DNA of 64,000 nucleotides from Candidatus Saccharimonadota bacterium (GTDB lineage Bacteria; Patescibacteriota; Saccharimonadia; Saccharimonadales; OFTM59): NCBI GenBank assembly GCA_029260875.1, contig JAJDCL010000011.1, positions 62,401 to 126,400 of the forward strand, read 5' to 3'. Shown piece by piece: positions 57,269 to 64,000 of this stretch (position 1 is its first letter; each line of letters starts with the position of its first letter). The notes under the pieces were generated by a model. It saw only the letters and a program-made list of their open reading frames with translations, ran no database searches and was not told where the DNA came from. The position numbers and the translations under genes were made by a program.

Positions 57269-57717
57269 TCAAGCTTATATTTCTGCCCTTTTTCGCCACC
57301 AAACTTTCCGAAGGCGTACCAGTTCTCAACGGTGATTTTGTAAAACCTATGTCCCTCTGCTCTTTTCGCATCCTCAATTATGGTCTCATCAACTCTTTGA
57401 CGTTGCTTGAAGTAAGTGAAGATTGCCGGGAATAGTGTTTCATCCGTCACCAATTCCGCAATACCTTCAAAATAAATTGCGTGCGGATATTCATCTAATG
57501 CGTGCTGCCGAACGATATTGCCCGCAACATGTGGATTTATAGCAATTTCTTGGCTGTGCCGCCTGGATGTAAGCGAGCGAAAGTAAAGATTTAAATCTTC
57601 GTCATACGCAAAATGAACCTCACAAACCCATGGCCTGTCGTCACTAACCGTCGCAAGCGACATATAAAGCGATTTATCTATGTATTCCCGAACAACTTTT
57701 TCTATATCTAAATTCAT
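57244..57717 (-). CDS. Pyridoxamine 5'-phosphate oxidase-like FMN-binding split-barrel protein
   Basis: SLYMSLATVSDDRPWVCEVHFAYDEDLNLYF. Confidence 0.55.
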   Translation of the reverse strand: MNLDIEKVVREYIDKSLYMSLATVSDDRPWVCEVHFAYDEDLNLYFRSLTSRRHSQEIAINPHVAGNIVRQHALDEYPHAIYFEGIAELVTDETLFPAIFTYFKQRQRVDETIIEDAKRAEGHRFYKITVENWYAFGKFGGEKGQKYKLEWNSNNKS

Positions 57718-58691
57718 ATTAATACTCTAATATTCTTAAATTTCTTGTCGTGGAGTCCTTCGATATTTACACCTTTAAAATTATAGCTAGCTTTTTCCAA
57801 CTGGCTTAATGACAGGATTACTTGACGGTAACTATCGTCTTTTGGCTTGAGCGCACCGACCCCTACCCAAAATTTTACTATTGAGTCTTTGGTTGTCCCT
57901 ACAGCTATGCAAGCTCCAGAAGAAAACGGCTGAGTGAACACTCTTATCTTGTCTGAGCTTGTAGAATAATTGGTTTCAGCCTTGGTAATCAAATACGCGC
58001 TATGCACCAGCTCAACTTTTTCTCGCCACATAGGATCTTTTTGCTGCTCCGGCGTGACTCTGATATTCAAATCAGCGGTCGCAATTTGAGCATTAGTTAA
58101 TTTCGGCAATCCGCCGGGCAATGCTTCAGCAAGCTCTTTTATATTTTTATCTAAAGACTTTTCATATGCTTCTCGCGAGCCAAATTGTTCTCCTACACCG
58201 GTAAGCGTCATCCGTATATTTTTAGACATATAGGGCTTCAGGAAGTCAATTATTCTCTGGCGGCTTGTCCTGTATGACTCAACATCAGTTTCGGTAATGT
58301 TATTTATCCTTGGCACAATAATGTCGTCTAAAAAGAAATCAAACCAAACACCTGGTGAATAAAGTTCGCAAACTGGTTTAACCCAACGGATCAAGTACAT
58401 ATGAGCAAATAATTCTGCCCACTCCGATTCCGGGGCTTCCTCGAGTCGCCACAGCTTGTAGCAACCACCTAAAAAAGTCAGGTTGATCGGTTGATTATTT
58501 TGTACGTTTTCTTTGATGGCATTTTTTATATGACTCGCATACTCAGGAGTTAAAGAATATTTACAAAATTTTTTGGAGGTCAATACTTTAAATATTACCT
58601 CTATAAGTTCTTCTTTGTTCGTTGGTTGCTTTAAGCCGTCTGGTTCTTTCAGCTCGTCGAGTTTAATCTGTATATATTCTTGTGGTGTCAT
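57714..58691 (-). CDS. Hypothetical protein (325 aa, no recognisable motif)
   Basis: ORF that overlaps the downstream gene by 4 nt. Confidence 0.4.
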   Translation of the reverse strand: MTPQEYIQIKLDELKEPDGLKQPTNKEELIEVIFKVLTSKKFCKYSLTPEYASHIKNAIKENVQNNQPINLTFLGGCYKLWRLEEAPESEWAELFAHMYLIRWVKPVCELYSPGVWFDFFLDDIIVPRINNITETDVESYRTSRQRIIDFLKPYMSKNIRMTLTGVGEQFGSREAYEKSLDKNIKELAEALPGGLPKLTNAQIATADLNIRVTPEQQKDPMWREKVELVHSAYLITKAETNYSTSSDKIRVFTQPFSSGACIAVGTTKDSIVKFWVGVGALKPKDDSYRQVILSLSQLEKASYNFKGVNIEGLHDKKFKNIRVLI

Positions 58692-58801
58692 AGTGTTTGG
58701 AGATGCGGGGCAGACATAAACCTACCGTATGCAGCTTTGCAAGCTACCACCTATTCTCGGTCACCGCATCAAGATTATTGTAACACCTTAACTTTAGATT
58801 A

Positions 58802-59383
58802 TTAGAGGCGCTGGACTTGTTTAATGTTTATTTCCTTTGTTGGATCTATTTTTATTGTGATGAATATCGAAAGTACTAGCACATATGCCGGAAACAAGAT
58901 TGTTTCTAAGTTATATATTCTAAGGGATAATAAAGCCATAAAAGCTGCTAGGGCTGTTAGGCCCCAGAATCCTCTTGATTCTGAGGCGGGGTCAAGCAAG
59001 AGCTTTCTGATAGTTAATACTGCCCCTATCGCATCAATCAACAAAGCAAGTAGCAAACTAATCAAAACACCTTCCAGTACAAACAATAAACAGAAGGCGG
59101 CGAATGCTACCCCAAGTGAATATTTGTCAAATCTGCTCTTACCTCCTACACCAAACTTAATGGACAAAATCAAAATTAATACTGGGCCAACAAGCTCACC
59201 AAACGTAAACCATTTAGCACCGTCTGAAAAAACTGAAGAAAAATAATATGTAACTCCAAGTAGCGTCCAAAGTAGCCAGGAAATTCTTTCTGGTTTGACC
59301 CTGCCTTTTATAGTGTCATTGATATAGGGAATGTTAGCAGCAACAGAAAGCACCAAGGACGAGACAGCAGAAATCTCTTTCAT
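58802..59383 (-). CDS. Polytopic hypothetical membrane protein
   Basis: About five TM segments. Confidence 0.4.
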   Translation of the reverse strand: MKEISAVSSLVLSVAANIPYINDTIKGRVKPERISWLLWTLLGVTYYFSSVFSDGAKWFTFGELVGPVLILILSIKFGVGGKSRFDKYSLGVAFAAFCLLFVLEGVLISLLLALLIDAIGAVLTIRKLLLDPASESRGFWGLTALAAFMALLSLRIYNLETILFPAYVLVLSIFITIKIDPTKEINIKQVQRL

Positions 59384-59456
59384 GGATTAACTATAACAAA
59401 AGCAGGGTTCTAAACTGCACTAGTCTGGTTTTTAAGCTACATAAGTACACAAACTA

Positions 59457-59477
59457 CACAAGGACGGACCCTGCGCA
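59457..59477 (-). repeat. Third copy of the REP-like motif (inverted orientation)
   Basis: cacaaggacggaccctgcgca is the reverse complement of tgcgcagggtccgtccttgtg. Confidence 0.55.
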
Positions 59478-59731
59478 TTAAATGGCAGCGCGATGTACTG
59501 ATCTTGTGCATTACTGGGTTCTGGAGAGTAATTTAAAGTATAAGCTACTCAGGCTATTAGGATAAGTCCCTCCTAAATGGTATGGTAATAGAGCAAGTTA
59601 TTATCGTCTCTTTGTCCGTATACGCATAGTTTAGCCTTAAAACGCTCTCGTCATCTCGGTTATTGTTTGCGTTACATATCTAGCGGCAAAGTTATTATCA
59701 CCACTTAAGTGTCGGTGCACTGGAGGTATTT

Positions 59732-60760
59732 ATGGCGAAAGCCCAAAAGCACGTTGAGATTGCCCGAACTACGAATAGTAAGTTCAGCTCTATGGGAGCA
59801 ACATCATGTCAAAAGATCGTAGCTATACTAAGCCAGTATTATGAGAATGTTGGTGTCTCAATTATTAATGATCTGTCAGATCTAGAGCAACTTGTAGAAG
59901 ATCGTCCGGACCTAGTATTTTTAGGGCTAAAACGTTTGCCACACTCAGGTGACTCAGTCGATGACTCAAATGATGACGTATGGATATCAGACTACCTAGA
60001 CCAGAATAATATTACATATACAGGCGCAAGCGCGCACGCAATGAAGCTAGAGTTCAATAAAGAAAAGGCCAAAGCCCGCGTAAGATCTGCGGGGCTGCCT
60101 ACGGCCCGTTCATTTATATCAGCACCTGGGCGGCACAAATACGCACAGAGCTTGCCGCTGCCTTTCCCGCTATTTATAAAACCGCTTAATGGCGGTTGCG
60201 GTAACGGCGTGGGGGACAACTCGGTTGTGCGCACATTTGCCGAGTTCGGCGACAAAGTTGAGTTAGTTCATATAAATAACAGCTCCAGCTCGTTGGTAGA
60301 GCAGTATCTTAATGGCCGCGAGTTCAGTGTCGCTATACTAGACGCCGACAATGCAGGCCGAATACAAGTTGCCCCAATTGAGATTATTGCCTCCAAGAAC
60401 TCACGCGGTGACCGTATACTTGGCAGCCGAGTTAAGACAGAAAACAATGAAATAGTTAGTGTGATAAAAGAGCCAGAAACTTATAATGCCGTTTCTCAAC
60501 TTGCAGTTCAGGTCTATAAAGTATTATGCGGCCGCGACCTGGCGCGTATCGATATAAGAATGGATGGTGATGGCAAACTTCAGTTTTTAGAAGCAAACTT
60601 TATGCCCGCCCCGGGGAGCCGTTACTTCGCTGGCGCATTTGAACTAAACAAAGGCACTAGCTACGAAGAAGTTCTACTAAGCATTACCGACACTGCGTTG
60701 TCTAGAAGCTCAAATTCTAATGTTGCAAAGCTTTTGACCCCTAATTTAATATCCGCGTAA
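59732..60760 (+). CDS. ddl: D-alanine--D-alanine ligase-family ATP-grasp enzyme
   Basis: DLVFLGLKRLPHSGDSVDD...YTGASAHAMKLEFNKEKAKARVRSAGLPTA; FIKPLNGGCGNGV; GREFSVAIL; RIDIRMDGDGKLQFLEANFMPAPG. The gaggtatttATG RBS precedes the start. Confidence 0.55.
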   Translation: MAKAQKHVEIARTTNSKFSSMGATSCQKIVAILSQYYENVGVSIINDLSDLEQLVEDRPDLVFLGLKRLPHSGDSVDDSNDDVWISDYLDQNNITYTGASAHAMKLEFNKEKAKARVRSAGLPTARSFISAPGRHKYAQSLPLPFPLFIKPLNGGCGNGVGDNSVVRTFAEFGDKVELVHINNSSSSLVEQYLNGREFSVAILDADNAGRIQVAPIEIIASKNSRGDRILGSRVKTENNEIVSVIKEPETYNAVSQLAVQVYKVLCGRDLARIDIRMDGDGKLQFLEANFMPAPGSRYFAGAFELNKGTSYEEVLLSITDTALSRSSNSNVAKLLTPNLISA

Positions 60761-60978
60761 GTACTCTGCTAACAACACTGCACACAGGCAAAAATCTATC
60801 AACCTTTAAAGGGGCTCGTTTAGGCGCCCGATTGCCCCATGCTTTCTAATGTAACGTAAGCTCATGTGCCGGTTCTTTGAATAATTCTCGCAAGGTCACA
60901 CCTATATAGGTGTTATTTACAGTTTGCAGGCGGCAAACCCACCAGCCTGCATATAAAAGCAGGGGCTGGAACCGAATT

Positions 60979-61278
60979 CTATTTTATGGGTCTTTTCTTT
61001 TTTTCGTGCTCTACCACTATAAACGACCCCAGTGCTGCCCCTAAAGCTACCGGCAGAACGTATAGGTAGTTTGAGACAATCGCAGCCACCTCTACAGCAA
61101 GTGTGGTATATAGGATGAAAGTAACCAGAGCAGACCTTATAGATTTATGCTGGGTTAACGAAAACGTTAGCGAAGAGTCCAGCATTTCAACAAATAAGTA
61201 AAAAACAAAAAGCCCGGCTGCAACAAGGAAATTAAATTGTTGCACAGCCTCACCAAACGGCAGCAGATCAATGTTCAT
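60979..61278 (-). CDS. Small hypothetical membrane protein
   Basis: Three TM segments. Confidence 0.3.
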   Translation of the reverse strand: MNIDLLPFGEAVQQFNFLVAAGLFVFYLFVEMLDSSLTFSLTQHKSIRSALVTFILYTTLAVEVAAIVSNYLYVLPVALGAALGSFIVVEHEKKKRPIK

Positions 61279-61565
61279 AGCATCATCTTATCAGATATCA
61301 ACCCCGTGGTTTCAAAATCCAAACTTGGTAGCCCGAATACGTCCGAACTGGAACGAAATCTGTACAGAGCTAAAGAGGTGGGTTCAGGTTATGAGGGTGC
61401 TACCTCTGGCTACCTAGACAGGCAGCTGGGGCTAGAACTGCCCGAGCGTAGCGACCAGGCATTCTATCCCAGCAACCCCCTTCACTGCAACCCTGTTGTG
61501 CTTACATCCTAAATTGGCTTTACTTACATAATTTTTTAAAACATGTAATACTTAACAGATAAGTA

Positions 61566-61594
61566 TTGACAATTATGCTTACATAATTTACAAT
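61566..61594 (+). promoter_or_regulatory. Sigma70-type promoter TTGACA-N17-TACAAT upstream of the fic gene, abutted by the palindrome aatactta-acag-ataagtatt (61547..61567)
   Basis: ttgaca(61566-71), attatgcttacataatt(17 nt), tacaat(61589-94). The RBS aaaagga lies 7 nt before the ATG at 61617. Confidence 0.6.
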
Positions 61595-61616
61595 GTGGAT
61601 AACAAAAGGATTAGTT

Positions 61617-62817
61617 ATGACTCGTCACAAAAATGACCATGAAAAGCTATTCTCATTGCCTGCTCCACTCCTTGACTCAAAGGTAGCGGGTTTAGTCCTG
61701 GAGCTTGAAACACTTAGGAGTAGAGAGCTGAGTGGTACCACGCCCCCCCTGGATATTCTTTGGGGTTAAGAACTTGTTCCAAACGGTTGAGAGTGTAATC
61801 TCAACGCATATTGAGGGGAATAACACCACTATTGCTGCTTATGTAGAAGCAGCCCGCAATATCAAAAAGAAAATCAATATTGATCAGAAGATTAAAATGA
61901 TTCTTAATCTTGAGAACACTATCAAAGACATAGAGAAGGAAGTTGATACAAACACAGCCTTTAATAAAGGATTTATCCTTGATCTTCATAGAAAAGTGGT
62001 AGACGGCTTGGACACAACTCGGGACGGTGAGGGGGACGCACGCCCTGGTGCGTACAGGAATGAGCATCGTGAGATACAGAACTATACCCATGTTCTTCCT
62101 CAGCATACAGACTTACGCGACCTTATGGATCAACTGATCAAATTCATCAATACTCCTGTGCCTCATACGATGGAGCTGATTAAGATTGCCATTGTGCACC
62201 ACAGATTTGTATGGATACATCCGTTCGGGAACGGCAATGGACGTGTAGTACGCTTACTTACATATGCAATGCTGGTTAGGGCTGGCTATATTGACAAGGA
62301 TGGCAATAGGCTTTTAGACCCAACAGCTGTATTTGGATCAAATAAGCTCACTTACTACGATAAGCTCTCTGGAGCTGATGATTTAAGCGAAGAGGGAGCT
62401 ACTGCCTGGTGTGAGTACATGCTTTCTGGGCTTACTCAAGAAATCCATAAGATTGACCAGCTATTAGACGCAGACTTTACTAAGCGAGAGATCGTCATAC
62501 CAGCAATAATCTATGCACACGAAAAGCAAAAGATCACAAAGCTAGAAAGAGACATGCTTCTGGTTTGTGTTGATAAGAACTTGGTTGCCGCTAGCGACTT
62601 CCGCGATCTATTCCCCGCAAGTACCTCACACGTCCGCATCTCACAGGTAATTAATAAGCTCAGGGAACAGAACCTTGTTCAAGCACCACGTCCAGGAGCA
62701 AGGAAGTACATGCTTTGCATGAACAATAATCTACTTACTACGGGCATCTTAAGAAAGTTAGATGAAAACGGCTTTTTGCCACCTATACAGCCAGGCGCAA
62801 CAAACCAAACAGTATAG
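61617..62817 (+). pseudogene. fic: Fic/Doc-family protein gene disrupted by a +1 frameshift in a C7 homopolymer (61743..61749)
   Basis: The N-terminal 50 codons (61617..61769) end at a TAA. The body (61732..62817) has no ATG and begins at GTG. The Fic motif is HPFGNGNGRVVR. Deleting one C fuses them into ...LSGTTPPWIFFGVKNLFQTVESVISTHIEGNNTT. Confidence 0.6.
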
Positions 62818-63062
62818 GGCGATACAGACTCCAGATGCTTATATTGTAATGAACACTTCAATTTAACTTCTTCAACTGAACTCCGCCGCAACAAATTGCC
62901 TGCCATCCTATTAGTACGCATGAGATGAGGGGAAGTAAGGACAACGAACTGAGTTAGAGTTCACATGCTTGCTGCATCTAGCTACCCCACCCTCCAGATT
63001 TCATAGGTCCCCATCACACCTCTATTAGGAACAAAGTACCACCTAGACAGAGCCAGACCAGA

Positions 63063-63890
63063 TTAACCAGCCACGAAGTGAGTACCAATCTCACCGTTCA
63101 GCGTACGCTGTATGGCGTTCTCAATACGTCCGTTCGCGACCCACATTTCTACGCCATTCGCATTAGCAATTTTAGCAGCCGAAAACTTTGTAACCATTCC
63201 ACCCGTACCGTTTTGGCTCGTAGCCCCTTTTGCCAAGTGCTCAAACTGTCCTATGTCGTCAATTGTAGCTATAACCGAACTAGCATCGTTAACATCACCA
63301 TATACGCCATCAATATCACTAAGTAGAACTAGACGTACATTGCTGCCGAAGAGCGAAGAGCGACTAATCTGTGCTGCATACGTAGCAGCCAGGGTATCGT
63401 TGTCGCCAAAGGCAATCTCTTCATGCGTTATGGCGTCATTCTCGTTCGCCACTGCAATATCCCCATGTTTTAGCAAAGTATACGTAACTCGTAGGGCTTC
63501 GTCTCGCTCAGTACTCATACCCAGTTCACGCTGAGTAAGTAAGAGTTCGCCTATCGTTTTGCGCCTGAGAGCACTGTCCCAAGCGTTCAGTACGTGTCGC
63601 CAACCAATACTAGCTAGGCGTTGAAGCTCCGACATTTCAGTACTACGAGATTTTAGACCGACTTCAACCATGCCTGCTGTTATAGCGGCTGACGACACGA
63701 TAACTATACTCTGACCAGCGTCCTGCAGTTCCAGGACCTGTCTGCCCAGACGCTCAAAAGAAGCCTTATCGAGTCTTTCCGAGCCGTCGACGGTTCTTTC
63801 TACTAGAGTATTTGTACCAACCTTGAGCACGAGTACGTTATCAATTACATCTTTCATCATTAGCTCCTCAAGCATCAGAACAAAAGTCAT
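63063..63890 (-). CDS. proB: Glutamate 5-kinase-family amino acid kinase (no PUA domain)
   Basis: LVLKVGTNTL, IVIVSSAAITAG, ANENDAITHEEIAFGDNDTLAA, and GTGGMVTKFSAAKIA. Confidence 0.6.
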   Translation of the reverse strand: MTFVLMLEELMMKDVIDNVLVLKVGTNTLVERTVDGSERLDKASFERLGRQVLELQDAGQSIVIVSSAAITAGMVEVGLKSRSTEMSELQRLASIGWRHVLNAWDSALRRKTIGELLLTQRELGMSTERDEALRVTYTLLKHGDIAVANENDAITHEEIAFGDNDTLAATYAAQISRSSLFGSNVRLVLLSDIDGVYGDVNDASSVIATIDDIGQFEHLAKGATSQNGTGGMVTKFSAAKIANANGVEMWVANGRIENAIQRTLNGEIGTHFVAG

Positions 63891-64000
63891 ATATGGAGCC
63901 CTGTTGTCGGGGCTGCCTGCACTTGTTAGTTATAGGTTGAAAGCAACATAAAAACACCCTGACCGTCATAGTGGCAGCGAGTAAGGGAGAACTAATGCGG

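Noticed and set aside
61237-61512. The 91 aa plus-strand ORF upstream of fic
   Set aside because: It overlaps the start of the minus-strand membrane gene and has no RBS. It is more likely noncoding promoter or UTR sequence.

Overview
This 64 kb window reads as a compact, gene-dense bacterial chromosome segment. About 85 genes are packed with short or overlapping junctions, the genetic code is standard (TGA is used as a stop), and GC is moderate. Several features recur together: an RNase Y operon with YmdB, a type IV pilus locus, a sortase homologue, many proteins with long basic N-terminal tails, and sparse biosynthetic genes. Taken together these suggest a reduced Gram-positive-like or Patescibacteria (Saccharibacteria-like) episymbiont. 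I infer that from gene content only and did not compute anything.

Features I can read directly:
- Housekeeping genes: recA, a DUF457 gene and recX; tsaE and tsaB; rny followed by ymdB; yebC, ruvC, ruvA and ruvB; hrcA, grpE, dnaK and dnaJ with CIRCE operators; lepA; murJ; ftsH; tilS; and an adk-like gene.
- RNA genes: tRNA-Pro(TGG) and tRNA-Lys(TTT).
- A complete type IV pilus locus at 17.0-26.5 kb: pilB, pilC, major pilin, pilM, pilN, pilO, a small gene, two minor pilins and a large beta-helix PilX-like protein.

The most unusual content:
1. An array of ten consecutive minus-strand genes at 0.4-9.6 kb. Each encodes a protein with a long basic N-terminal tail, one transmembrane anchor and a Gly/Ser/Asn/Thr-rich collagen-like spacer. 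The C-terminal modules are an M23 peptidase fused to a ricin-B lectin, a ricin-B lectin with a coiled coil, an Rpf-like transglycosylase motif, and an HEITH zinc peptidase of the basic-secretory-protein type. I read this as a probable cell-surface and host-cell-wall attack or adhesion arsenal.
2. An IS200/IS605-like Y1 (HuH) transposase gene inserted in opposite orientation between ruvC and ruvA, flanked by a 21 bp REP-like hairpin motif. A third copy of the motif sits at 59.5 kb.
3. A two-gene islet next to tRNA-Lys, with a 33 bp direct repeat after each gene.
4. A rimK, rimB-like (retropepsin, DTGA motif) and DUF192 module beside a second ATP-grasp ligase and an unknown gene.
5. A sortase-fold protein with no cysteine in the catalytic domain; the TLxTC cysteine is replaced by Glu.
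6. A Fic-family gene (HPFGNGNGR) disrupted by a +1 frameshift in a C7 homopolymer, with a textbook TTGACA-N17-TACAAT promoter and an upstream palindrome.
7. A Gly/Ala/Val protein with a perfect 11/22-residue periodicity.
8. Structured or tandem repeats in the rny-ymdB spacer and at 56.7-56.9 kb.

All protein-family calls rest on motifs I recognise in the ORF translations. No database search was possible.
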